Source: Verrucomicrobiales bacterium (GTDB lineage: Bacteria; Actinomycetota; Acidimicrobiia; Acidimicrobiales; SHLQ01). Taken from it: a DNA stretch of 64,000 nt. The stretch spans positions 4,524 through 68,523 of the forward strand of contig JBLIMK010000004.1 in the NCBI GenBank assembly GCA_047638715.1. Reading direction: 5' to 3'. Shown piece after piece: positions 8,781 through 17,938 of this stretch. Made by a program: the position numbers and the translations under genes. The stretch's first letter is position 1, and each line of letters begins with the position of its first letter. A model generated the notes under the pieces. The model was not told the DNA's origin. It made no database searches and worked only from the letters and a program-made list of their open reading frames with translations.

Positions 8781-10511
8781 ATGGTTCCGGGTTCGACCAG
8801 TCTCTCCACCGGTGTGCTGCGTTTTGGCGACGAACGTGGCTGGTTACGGTTCGATGACCCGATCGAAACGGTCACGATCTGGAGCCTTGACGAGGTTCTT
8901 CCAGCGCTTCAAAAAGCCGAAGATGCAACGGCCGCAGGCCACTGGGTTGTCGGTCTTTTGAGCTACGACGCTGGGCCAGCGTTCGACGCCGCCGTGGCAA
9001 GCCAACGAGATCCGGACACGCCGCTGCTCGCCTATGGCATCTTCGCGGGCGCTGACGAAAGCCCTGGACCGCTCGATGGGGTCTTCGAGATCAGCGAATG
9101 GACTCCTGACCAGAGCGAAGAGGACTACAGCAAAGCAATCGCCAAGGTTCGCGAGTTCATCCGATCCGGCGAGACCTACCAGGTCAACTACACCGTCCGT
9201 CGACACGCAACGTTTTGGGGCAGCGCGGAAGGACTATTCGCATCACTTGCGCGGGCACAACGCGCGAAACACGACGCGTTCTTACACTTCGGCTCGCATG
9301 CATTGTGCAGCGCCTCCCCAGAGGTCTTCTTCACCAGGGTCGGCAACATCGTGTCATCACGACCAATGAAGGGGACTCGACCGCGCCACTTCGACCCCGA
9401 GCTCGATGCACAAATCGTCGCCGATCTCACGTCGAGCCTGAAGGACCGTGCCGAGAACGTGATGATCGTCGACATGGTTCGAAACGACCTTGGTCGTATT
9501 GCAGACGTCGGCAGTGTCAACGTTTCTCGCCTCCTCGAGGTGGAGCACTATCCCACGGTGCACGCGATGACGTCGACGGTCGACGCGACCACCACCGCTG
9601 GTCTCGTCGAAACCCTGCGGGCCCTCTACCCGATCGCATCTATCACCGGGGCACCGAAGTATCGAACCACCGAGATAATTGCCGAGCTCGAACAATCGGC
9701 GCGCGGCGCCTACTGCGGGTCGGTGTTTGCGTTGGCGCCCGATGGTCGCTGGGAGTTCAACGTCGTCATAAGAAGCGTGTGGCTCGACCTGGAAGCGGGC
9801 AGCGGAACCTACGGCGTCGGCGGCGGAATCGTGTGGGACTCAGAAGCGGGCAACGAGTGGGAAGAGACCGAGCACAAGTCTCGCGTCTTAGCCCGCGCTG
9901 GCAAACCCCTCAGGCTCCTCGAGACGATGGCATGGACCCCCGATGCCGGAGTGTCTCTTCGCCAGCGCCACATCAACCGGCTCCTCGACGCAGGCGACCA
10001 TTTCAACATCGAGGTCGACATGGAGGTCGTGATGGACCTTCTCGACACCGTCCGGTCAGACACACCAGTGAAACTCCGGCTGCTCATCGACGCTGCAGGA
10101 ATTCCTGAACTTCAGCTGGGCCCGATGCCGGCGGACGACGGCGAGACGCGCGTTCTTCCCATCGATACCGAGCCCACAGATCCGTACGACGAATTCCTTG
10201 TCTACAAGACGACCACACGCACGCGTTACGAGGAAGCCATGGAGCGATTTCCCGACGCGCCCGATGTCATCTTGTGGAATCGGCGCGGTGAGCTCACCGA
10301 AACGTGCATTGCAAACCTCGTACTCGAGCTCGACGGCGACCTCGTCACCCCACATCACCAAAGCGGCTTGTTGCCAGGCACGCTGCGCGAAGAGCTCCTC
10401 GATCGGGGCCAACTCGTCGAACGTTTTCTGACGCTCGACGATCTCCGCAGAGCTGACCGAGTCTTCGCGATCAATTCGGTGCGAGGCTGGGACGAAGTCA
10501 GAATCGCCTGA
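8781..10511 (+). CDS. pabB: aminodeoxychorismate synthase component I fused to an aminodeoxychorismate lyase-like (class IV aminotransferase fold) C-terminal domain
   Basis: Chorismate-binding enzyme motifs (GETYQVNYT, SASPEVFF, PMKGTRPR, ITGAPK, RGAYCGS, GGGIVWDS). Roughly the last 200 aa (VYKTTTRTRYE...GLLPGTLRE...) resemble PabC. Confidence 0.75.
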   Translation: MVPGSTSLSTGVLRFGDERGWLRFDDPIETVTIWSLDEVLPALQKAEDATAAGHWVVGLLSYDAGPAFDAAVASQRDPDTPLLAYGIFAGADESPGPLDGVFEISEWTPDQSEEDYSKAIAKVREFIRSGETYQVNYTVRRHATFWGSAEGLFASLARAQRAKHDAFLHFGSHALCSASPEVFFTRVGNIVSSRPMKGTRPRHFDPELDAQIVADLTSSLKDRAENVMIVDMVRNDLGRIADVGSVNVSRLLEVEHYPTVHAMTSTVDATTTAGLVETLRALYPIASITGAPKYRTTEIIAELEQSARGAYCGSVFALAPDGRWEFNVVIRSVWLDLEAGSGTYGVGGGIVWDSEAGNEWEETEHKSRVLARAGKPLRLLETMAWTPDAGVSLRQRHINRLLDAGDHFNIEVDMEVVMDLLDTVRSDTPVKLRLLIDAAGIPELQLGPMPADDGETRVLPIDTEPTDPYDEFLVYKTTTRTRYEEAMERFPDAPDVILWNRRGELTETCIANLVLELDGDLVTPHHQSGLLPGTLREELLDRGQLVERFLTLDDLRRADRVFAINSVRGWDEVRIA

Positions 10512-11703
10512 GGAAAACTCCCGAGCGAGGCTTCGGCGTCACATATGTGCTCTTGGGCGGCATGTCGAGACCTGCATCGGCCACCGCAAACACCTCCGCT
10601 GGAGTCACCGACCGCAGAATGAACAAGATCGTTCGCTCATCGGCTGATTCAACCACAGCTCCACGATTCGCCTCGAGGAAATAGCTGATCTGACCCGCCG
10701 ACGTAGCGGGATCGACGCCCAGAACCGGACCGATCACCTGCCTCTGCAACCGGACCGGATCGATCGCGTCGAGGGGCGAATCGCTCAACACCGCAGGCAA
10801 AGTTCCGGACCACCAACGCCCGGCGAGATAGACGCCGATTTGGCCCGGATCGCGTGGCAGCCCCGTCTCCAATTCAGGCTCTGGCAGCAACCCGAGGAGC
10901 TCGGTGAGTTCTTGCTCGAGCACCGCAAGGTCCTGGTCCGGTTCGATCGTGACCCGTCGGTGAAACGGATCGATGTTCAATCGGTCATCAGAGAAGAGGA
11001 CACCGAGCATGTAGTCGCCGCGGGGACTGCCAATAGATTTAGCGAGTTCGCCGGCAGCAGCAGCCCGATGATGGCCGTCCATGATATAGAGATCGTGGCC
11101 TGCAAAGGACGCCGTGAGCGTCGCGCAGTCTTGCTCGTCGTCAACCACCCATACCGCTTGCTCCAGCCCGTCGCCGGATGTGAAGCTCAGTACGGGGTCG
11201 CTGCGGTCGAGAATGGTGTTCAGGCGTGATCGGATTGCCGGGTCGGCGCGGTAACCGAGCGCGATCGGACTTGAGTGGACCCCGAGCTGTTCGAAGTGAT
11301 TCGACAGGTGTGTCGCGCGCTTCAGACTTATTTGTTCGTGGCGTTTTACCCGACCATCGAGATATCCGCTGGTTTCGATTTGACCGACGACCCCGAGTTG
11401 CACGTGGTCATCCAACGTGAGCCGATACAAGAAGAACGATGGCGTGTCGAGATCGACGAATGCCTGAGAACAAAGGATTCTCTGCAGTGCTTCGCCACCC
11501 ATCTCGATCAGCCGATCGGGCGATGAATCGTCGTCGGGTCCGCCATCTCCGGGCGAACGAGTGACGAGCGTGTAGCTCTCTGGGTGGGTCTCAAGATAGT
11601 TGGTGCGTTCGGTTCCGGACATGGAATCGAACGCAGGGGCTGGCACTCGACGGGCGAACGCCGGCTTCACATACGAACCAACAAAGGGGTAGACGCCCAC
11701 CAT
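10498..11703 (-). CDS. DUF1015-family protein
   Basis: The N-terminal PF.G pattern with PAFDSMS and the internal MDGHHRAAAA motif match my memory of DUF1015. Its ATG overlaps the upstream stop (ATGA at 11701-11705). Confidence 0.65.
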   Translation of the reverse strand: MVGVYPFVGSYVKPAFARRVPAPAFDSMSGTERTNYLETHPESYTLVTRSPGDGGPDDDSSPDRLIEMGGEALQRILCSQAFVDLDTPSFFLYRLTLDDHVQLGVVGQIETSGYLDGRVKRHEQISLKRATHLSNHFEQLGVHSSPIALGYRADPAIRSRLNTILDRSDPVLSFTSGDGLEQAVWVVDDEQDCATLTASFAGHDLYIMDGHHRAAAAGELAKSIGSPRGDYMLGVLFSDDRLNIDPFHRRVTIEPDQDLAVLEQELTELLGLLPEPELETGLPRDPGQIGVYLAGRWWSGTLPAVLSDSPLDAIDPVRLQRQVIGPVLGVDPATSAGQISYFLEANRGAVVESADERTILFILRSVTPAEVFAVADAGLDMPPKSTYVTPKPRSGVFLRRF

Positions 11704-12920
11704 CAGCGAGCCTTCGAAGAAGCGGAGACCGCGAGAATGTCGTCATCGGCGAGAATTGTTGCCATTACATCTGTGGAGGGCTCATTCTCGAGGTTGATCG
11801 ATGCGACCGCGGCCACGGAGCCGCTGAACAATTGGTTTTCCATCTGTTGAACGTTGAGTCCAGCGGTCCGCAGCGTCTGAAACACCTTGGCCAGAACTCC
11901 GACCCGGTCGTAGTGACGAACAGTCAACACAACACAACTCGCGAGATCGCCCACCATGTTGACGCAATTCGTAATCCTGCCCTGGACGTAACCCTCAATG
12001 ACCGCGACCGTTCCTGCAGCCACCGCGTCCTGAGCTTGTTGTGTCGAGGCGCCAATGTGATGTGAGCCAACAACATTTGGATGGAGCGAGAGCGGCGATG
12101 TCCACTCCCCTGCCTTTCCAGAGGGCTCATCTGGCCAAACGTCGAGACCAGCACGAATACCCCGTGTGTCCATTGCGGCGATCAAGGCCTCAGCATCGAC
12201 CACCTCTCCCCGCGAAGTATTGAGGACGATTGCGCCATCCTTCAGCTTCGACAAGAAGTCGGCATTCACCATGCCCTTCGTGTCGGCTGACTTGGGCACG
12301 TGGAGAGATACAACGTCGGCAGAGGCGAGAAGCTCGTCCATAGTGTCGACGAGATGGATGCCAGCAGCCCGAAGCCGCGTCAGAGAAGCGGTCGACCGGT
12401 TCGGCTTCCGTAGGGCGACCACCATCATGCCGAAACCATTCGCACGTTCGGCCAATGCAAACCCGATCTCGCCCAATCCAATGATTGCGATCGTCTTGCC
12501 GTAGATGCCGTCAGCCTTGGAATACCGGCCCTTGTTCCACCGACCAGCCGTGAGGTCTGCCATGCCCGAGGCGATGTGACGATCGATCGCAAGAAGTAGT
12601 CCCATCGCAAGCTCCGCAACAGCGATTGCGTTCTGCCCCGGAACGTTGGACACGTAGACGCCACGTGCCGACGCAGCATCTTTGTCGACGTTGTCCGTGC
12701 CGGCTCCAGCACGAACGATGAGCCCGAGCGATTCTGAAGACTTGATGGCCTCCGCCGTCACTTTGGTCGAACGAACAACGAGCACATCGACGGGAAGTTC
12801 GGCTAGTCGGGCCGGGATCGTGTCGGCGTTGAGATCGGCTTCGACAAGGACGTCGTGTCCCGCATCTCGCAGAGGCGAGAGCAGATCGTCCGCCAGGGCA
12901 TCGGCGCAAAGGATTCGCAT
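11703..12920 (-). CDS. serA: D-3-phosphoglycerate dehydrogenase-like 2-hydroxyacid dehydrogenase with C-terminal ACT domain
   Basis: ATG 12920 (MRILCADAL). NAD-binding motif GLGEIGFALA, catalytic-region motifs (NTSRGEVVD, DVWPDEP, GSHHIGAST) and an ACT-like tail. The ORF extension to 13169 was rejected. Confidence 0.7.
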   Translation of the reverse strand: MRILCADALADDLLSPLRDAGHDVLVEADLNADTIPARLAELPVDVLVVRSTKVTAEAIKSSESLGLIVRAGAGTDNVDKDAASARGVYVSNVPGQNAIAVAELAMGLLLAIDRHIASGMADLTAGRWNKGRYSKADGIYGKTIAIIGLGEIGFALAERANGFGMMVVALRKPNRSTASLTRLRAAGIHLVDTMDELLASADVVSLHVPKSADTKGMVNADFLSKLKDGAIVLNTSRGEVVDAEALIAAMDTRGIRAGLDVWPDEPSGKAGEWTSPLSLHPNVVGSHHIGASTQQAQDAVAAGTVAVIEGYVQGRITNCVNMVGDLASCVVLTVRHYDRVGVLAKVFQTLRTAGLNVQQMENQLFSGSVAAVASINLENEPSTDVMATILADDDILAVSASSKAR

Positions 12921-13081
12921 GGTTGCATTTACTTTCTCGAGGCTCACGATGGCGCGAGGCGGGCGTGAGGACCGGTCAGTCGACCAAAGTGTAGAGGTCA
13001 GCACTGAACAGGCGTCCAGTCCCAGATGGACAAACTTTTGACGACTTTGGGGCAACGCGCACAAACGGGCAGACTGTTCGG

Positions 13082-14233
13082 GTGAAAGCACTCGTCTTTG
13101 AACGAAAAGAAGTCCGTTACGCCGCTGCATCGGTCGTGTCGAGCGTGCGCCCCGGCGCCGGCGGCTCAATGGGCCCGCTCCGCCTTACCGATATCGATCC
13201 GCCCGACCTACCCGAAGGTGAATGGACTCGCGTGCGTCCACGGCTCACGGGCATCTGCGGATCTGATCTCTCCACGATCGACGGTCACTCCTCGGGTTAC
13301 TTCGACGATCTTGTCAGCTTTCCGTTCGTCCCCGGGCACGAGATCGTCGGTACAACTCCCGACGGAACCCGCGTCGTGCTGGAACCAGTCCTTGGCCCAG
13401 CCGCCCGCGGTGAAACATCTACCGGCGACGCTCCGGGCGACGCGGCCGACTACGGGTACCTGTTGGACGGGCAGATCGACGATGGGATTCAGGTCGGGTT
13501 CTGCGCAAGTACCGGCGGTGGCTGGGGCGAGGAACTGGTCGCTCATTCGAGTCAGTTGCATCAGGTCCCCGCGTCGATGTCCGACGAGACCGCGGTCATG
13601 CTCGAACCAGCCGCTGGGGGCGTTCACGCCGCCGCCCGCGCAAATATCGATGGGGGCATCGTCCTCGTCCTCGGCGCCGGAACGATGGGACTCGTTACAA
13701 TCGCCGCCCTTCGCGAATACACAAATGCCGAAACGATCGTCGCCGTCGCAAAACACCCGGTTCAGAAGACGTTCGCCGCCGACCTCGGAGCCGACCTTGT
13801 CGTCTCGCCATCAGAAACTGCCCGAGCAATTCGTCGGATCACCGGCAGCCGGATGATCGGCGAGAACCTCGCTGGCGGAGCTGATGTGACAATCGATGCC
13901 ATTGGTAATGCTGCGTCGATCGAACGAGCCATCGGCGTCACGCGCCCCCGAGGACGGGTGGTCATGGTGGGGATGCCGGGCAGGGTGAGTCTCGACCTCA
14001 CCTCGTTGTGGCACCGCGAGACCGAACTCGTCGGGGCTTACACGTACGGAACCGATGTATGGCCTGACGGAACTTCGGTCTCGAGCTTCACTCGAGCTAT
14101 CGAGCTCGCCGAGAAGGTCGATCTTGGCCGCCTCGTCTCGGCCAAGTACCCGCTCAACCGATACAAGGACGCCATTAGCCATGCGGCTCAGGCGGGCCAG
14201 CGCGGAGCGGTGAAGGTCGTGTTTGAGCAATAG
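13082..14233 (+). CDS. zinc-dependent medium-chain alcohol/threonine dehydrogenase-family oxidoreductase
   Basis: GICGSDL, the PGHEIVG zinc site and the GAGTMGL Rossmann motif; GTG start. Confidence 0.75.
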   Translation: MKALVFERKEVRYAAASVVSSVRPGAGGSMGPLRLTDIDPPDLPEGEWTRVRPRLTGICGSDLSTIDGHSSGYFDDLVSFPFVPGHEIVGTTPDGTRVVLEPVLGPAARGETSTGDAPGDAADYGYLLDGQIDDGIQVGFCASTGGGWGEELVAHSSQLHQVPASMSDETAVMLEPAAGGVHAAARANIDGGIVLVLGAGTMGLVTIAALREYTNAETIVAVAKHPVQKTFAADLGADLVVSPSETARAIRRITGSRMIGENLAGGADVTIDAIGNAASIERAIGVTRPRGRVVMVGMPGRVSLDLTSLWHRETELVGAYTYGTDVWPDGTSVSSFTRAIELAEKVDLGRLVSAKYPLNRYKDAISHAAQAGQRGAVKVVFEQ

Positions 14234-14301
14234 GCCGACGATGCTTGTGCAAAAGTGAACACCTGGCGACCCAAGACGCTCGAACGCGCGAGCGGGCCGC
14301 A

Positions 14302-14778
14302 CTAGGAGATATCGATTGGTGTCTCGGGAAGCTCGCCCGCTGCGATCGGTTCGATGAATTCGCGCAGGCGGGGAGGGAGCACCGGTTCATCGCTGGCAAG
14401 CAACTCGGCCACATCCCACCACTTCGCGCCCTTGAAGGCGAGCGCTTCGAAGTACTCGAGGCCCTGCGGGTCATATTCACCGCCCTCGCACCAGGCCACG
14501 TGAATCCACTCTTCGGAGTCGAAGAACATCCCAGCGAAGGTGAACTGGCACTCCTGAGTCCAGATGCACGGACCGACTTCGAACTCGGTGATGCCGGTCT
14601 CTTCGACGATCTCTCGGCGGGCGGCTTCAGCCGACGTCTCACCCGGGTCGATGCCGCCGCCGGGGATCTCCCACCAGGCGGGCTTGCTCGAATCACCAGG
14701 GTCGCTCGAGTTGATCATGAAGATCTTATGGTCCCGATCGAGGAGCACCACTCGGGCTGCTGGCCGCTTGCGTCTCAT
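14302..14778 (-). CDS. NUDIX hydrolase
   Basis: Nudix box GGGIDPGETSAEAARREIVEETGI. ATG at 14778; the upstream part of the ORF overlaps leuS and was rejected. Confidence 0.8.
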   Translation of the reverse strand: MRRKRPAARVVLLDRDHKIFMINSSDPGDSSKPAWWEIPGGGIDPGETSAEAARREIVEETGITEFEVGPCIWTQECQFTFAGMFFDSEEWIHVAWCEGGEYDPQGLEYFEALAFKGAKWWDVAELLASDEPVLPPRLREFIEPIAAGELPETPIDIS

Positions 14779-14814
14779 CGAACCAAGACTAGATCCGAGC
14801 CCTAGAATACAGAG

Positions 14815-17658
14815 GTGACTGAGCAGCAATCTGAGACGCCGCAACACCGCTACGACGCGGCGCTGGCCGACTCCATCGAAACCACCTGGCAAGGACGCTG
14901 GAAGGACGCTGGCACGTACCACACCCCCAATCCTGCAGGATCACTCACCGAAGGGCCCGCCAACGGTCCGACCGACCTTGCCGACCGTCCGAAGCTCTTC
15001 ATCATGGACATGTTCCCCTATCCGTCGGGAACGGGCCTTCACGTCGGCCACCCACTCGGCTACATCAGCACCGATGTCTACGCCCGCTTCAAGCGCATGA
15101 CCGGTTTCAACGTGTTGCACACGATGGGCTACGACGCGTTCGGGTTGCCTGCCGAAGAGCACGCTCGCTCCACCGGCGAACATCCTCGGATCAACACCGA
15201 AGCCAATATCGCCAACATGAGTCGTCAGCTTGCGCGGCTGGGGCTCGGCCACGACGACCGCCGTTCGATCGCAACAACCGACGAGGCCTACTACCGCTGG
15301 ACCCAGTGGATCTTCAGCCAGATCTTCAACGCCTGGTTTGACGAGCACGTCGGCAAAGCACGTCCGATCAGCGAACTCGAAGCCGAATTTGCAAGCGGTG
15401 TCCGGGTCCCCGAAGACGGCCGAGAGTGGACCGAGCTCTCAGCCGGTGACCAGCGAGCGCTGATCAACGAGCATCGCTTGGCCTATGTGAGTGAGGCTCC
15501 CGTCAACTGGTGCCCAGGCCTCGGCACGGTGCTCGCCAACGAAGAGGTCACGGCCGAAGGGTTATCCGACCGCGGGAACTTTCCTGTGTTCCGCCGTCCC
15601 CTCAGACAGTGGATGATGCGGATCACCGCCTATGCGGAACGGCTGATCGACGATCTGGATCTGCTCGACTGGACCGACAGTATCAAGACGATGCAACGCC
15701 ACTGGATCGGCCGATCCGAAGGCGCACATGTCGAGTTCCGTGCCCCAACTGCACTGGACGCCGATGGCGAAGTGGCAACTATCAGCGTCTTCACCACCCG
15801 CCCTGACACGTTGTTCGGCGCCACATACATGGTCGTCGCCCCCGAACACTCCCTCGTTAGCTCCTTGACCGCCGAGGCGTGGCCGCAAGGCACCAAGGAT
15901 GCGTGGACCGGCGGCGCAGCCACGCCGGCCCGAGCAATTGAGGCCTACCAGCGGCGCACGTCGCAGATGAGTGACCTCGATCGCCAGGAAAACAAAGAAA
16001 AGACCGGTGTGTTCACCGGCAGCTTCGCAGTCAACCCTGTCAACGATCAGTCGATCCCCGTCTTCATTGCGGACTACGTGCTGATGGGTTACGGCACGGG
16101 CGCAATCATGGCGGTGCCAGGTCAGGACGAGCGCGACTGGGATTTCGCCAAAGCGTTCGACCTCGACATTCTTCGCACGGTGCAACCTCCCGCCGACTTC
16201 GACGGCGATGCCTACACAGGCACCGGAGCGGCCATCAACAGCGGCTTCCTCGACGGCATGGAGATCGACGAAGCGAAATCGGCCATGATCGAGCACCTGG
16301 ACGAGCTCGGCGCAGGTGAAGGAACGGTCACTACGAAGCTGCGGGACTGGTTGTTCGCTCGTCAGCGTTATTGGGGCGAACCTATTCCGATCGTGTTCGA
16401 TGATGACGGCAACGCCCGGTCTGTTCCCGACGACTACTTGCCTGTCAATCTGCCCGAGCTGATCGACTGGGCACCACGCGAACTCGACGAAGACTCCGAA
16501 CCCGAACCTCCGCTCGGCCGTGCGGACGGTTGGACCACCGTGGAGCTCGATCTCGGAGACGGCGTCAAGACGTACAAACGTGACCTCAACACGATGCCGC
16601 AATGGGCTGGTTCGTGTTGGTACTACCTGCGATACATCGATCCGGTGAGCAGCGACATCGTCGCTGATCCAACGTCCGAGAAGTACTGGATGGGCGGCGA
16701 CGACCCTGAAAGTGGCGGTGTCGACCTCTACGTCGGCGGTGTGGAGCATGCGGTCTTGCACCTCTTGTACAGCCGGTTCTGGCACAAGGTGCTCTACGAC
16801 TTGGGCCATGTGTCCACGCCAGAGCCGTTCAAACGGTTGATCAATCAGGGTTACATTCAGGCGCACGCGTTCGTCGACGATCGGGGCATGTACGTCGAAG
16901 CAGCCGATGTCGTCGAAGCAGCCGACGGCTACGCATACCAGGGCGGGGCAGTGACCCGCGAATACGGGAAGATGGGGAAGTCGCTGAAGAACTCGGTGAC
17001 CCCCGATGACATGTACCGAGACTACGGCGCCGACACGCTCAGGCTGTACGAGATGTTCATGGGACCCATCGACCAGGATCGCCCCTGGGAGACCAAGTCG
17101 GTGGTCGGATCTCAACGACTCCTGCAGCGAATTTGGCGCAACTTGGTCGACGAAGACACCGGCGAACTCACGGTGGCCGACATCGGTGTTTCCGACGACC
17201 TCAACCGCTCCTTGAACCGCACGATCGACGCGGTTCAAGGAGCGATGGACGCCCTCAGCTTCAACACCTCGATCGCACGAATCACCGAGCTAAACAACGA
17301 GCTCACCAAACTCGATGGGCCGACTCCCACCGTCGTGGCCAATGCGCTCGTCCGGTTGATCGCACCCTTGGTCCCTCACATCGCTGAAGAGCTGTGGAGC
17401 AAGATGGGCCACGAGTCCTCTGTGGTTTACGCCGACTTCCCGACTGCCGATCCTGCCTGGCTCGTCGATGACGAACTCGAAATCCCAGTCCAGATCAAGG
17501 GCAAACTGCGTTCGCGCATCACGATCGCGGCGGATGCCGATGCTGCAACGATGCAAGCCGCAGCACTCGCCGACCCTCGAATTGCGGAGCTGCTCGAGGG
17601 CCTCGAGGTCCGCAAGGTCATCGTCATCCCCGGCAAGCTCGTCAACATCGTCGCCTAA
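14815..17658 (+). CDS. leuS: leucyl-tRNA synthetase
   Basis: 947 aa with the HVGH (HIGH-type) motif, the KMGKS (KMSKS-type) motif and a CP1 editing domain; typical LeuS N-terminus. Confidence 0.95.
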   Translation: MTEQQSETPQHRYDAALADSIETTWQGRWKDAGTYHTPNPAGSLTEGPANGPTDLADRPKLFIMDMFPYPSGTGLHVGHPLGYISTDVYARFKRMTGFNVLHTMGYDAFGLPAEEHARSTGEHPRINTEANIANMSRQLARLGLGHDDRRSIATTDEAYYRWTQWIFSQIFNAWFDEHVGKARPISELEAEFASGVRVPEDGREWTELSAGDQRALINEHRLAYVSEAPVNWCPGLGTVLANEEVTAEGLSDRGNFPVFRRPLRQWMMRITAYAERLIDDLDLLDWTDSIKTMQRHWIGRSEGAHVEFRAPTALDADGEVATISVFTTRPDTLFGATYMVVAPEHSLVSSLTAEAWPQGTKDAWTGGAATPARAIEAYQRRTSQMSDLDRQENKEKTGVFTGSFAVNPVNDQSIPVFIADYVLMGYGTGAIMAVPGQDERDWDFAKAFDLDILRTVQPPADFDGDAYTGTGAAINSGFLDGMEIDEAKSAMIEHLDELGAGEGTVTTKLRDWLFARQRYWGEPIPIVFDDDGNARSVPDDYLPVNLPELIDWAPRELDEDSEPEPPLGRADGWTTVELDLGDGVKTYKRDLNTMPQWAGSCWYYLRYIDPVSSDIVADPTSEKYWMGGDDPESGGVDLYVGGVEHAVLHLLYSRFWHKVLYDLGHVSTPEPFKRLINQGYIQAHAFVDDRGMYVEAADVVEAADGYAYQGGAVTREYGKMGKSLKNSVTPDDMYRDYGADTLRLYEMFMGPIDQDRPWETKSVVGSQRLLQRIWRNLVDEDTGELTVADIGVSDDLNRSLNRTIDAVQGAMDALSFNTSIARITELNNELTKLDGPTPTVVANALVRLIAPLVPHIAEELWSKMGHESSVVYADFPTADPAWLVDDELEIPVQIKGKLRSRITIAADADAATMQAAALADPRIAELLEGLEVRKVIVIPGKLVNIVA

Positions 17659-17731
17659 CCATGGCGGATTTTGCTCTCGAACAAACACCTGGCGTGAACT
17701 GAGTCACACTCGCTCTGGCACCGAACCCACT

Positions 17732-17821
17732 TTTGGGGTCAGACCCAATTCGCTGATTTGGGGTCAGACCCGATCGCGGACGAGTTGTGAACAAATGGAA
17801 AATCCGCGATGGGTCGGACTC
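17732..17821. promoter_or_regulatory. array of three GGGTC-N-GACCC palindromic sites (operator-like) upstream of the secreted propeller gene
   Basis: TTTGGGGTCAGACCC occurs at 17732-17746 and identically at 17757-17771. A degenerate copy, GGGTCGGACTC, is at 17811-17821. Spacings are 25 and 50 bp. An 8-bp inverted repeat, ATCGCGGA (17773-17780) and TCCGCGAT (17803-17810), lies between them. Confidence 0.4.
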
Positions 17822-17897
17822 TTTGAGTGATCGCGACGGGTGACTCTCTTTAAGTAATATGGCTCAAGATACTCGCCACGATCCGTGATGTAAGCTG

Positions 17898-17923
17898 CTC
17901 GTGATGGCGTACGCCATCACGAG
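17898..17923. promoter_or_regulatory. perfect 26-bp palindrome 15 nt upstream of the start codon (operator or 5'-UTR hairpin)
   Basis: CTCGTGATGGCGTACGCCATCACGAG equals its own reverse complement. It lies downstream of a TAATAT -10-like hexamer (17855-17860). Confidence 0.45.
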
Positions 17924-17938
17924 ATTGAGAGCGCCCTG

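Noticed and set aside
15562-17238. 558-aa ORF antisense to leuS
   Set aside because: It lies entirely inside the well-supported leuS frame. It has the Arg/Gly/Val-rich composition typical of high-GC antisense frames and no recognisable motifs.
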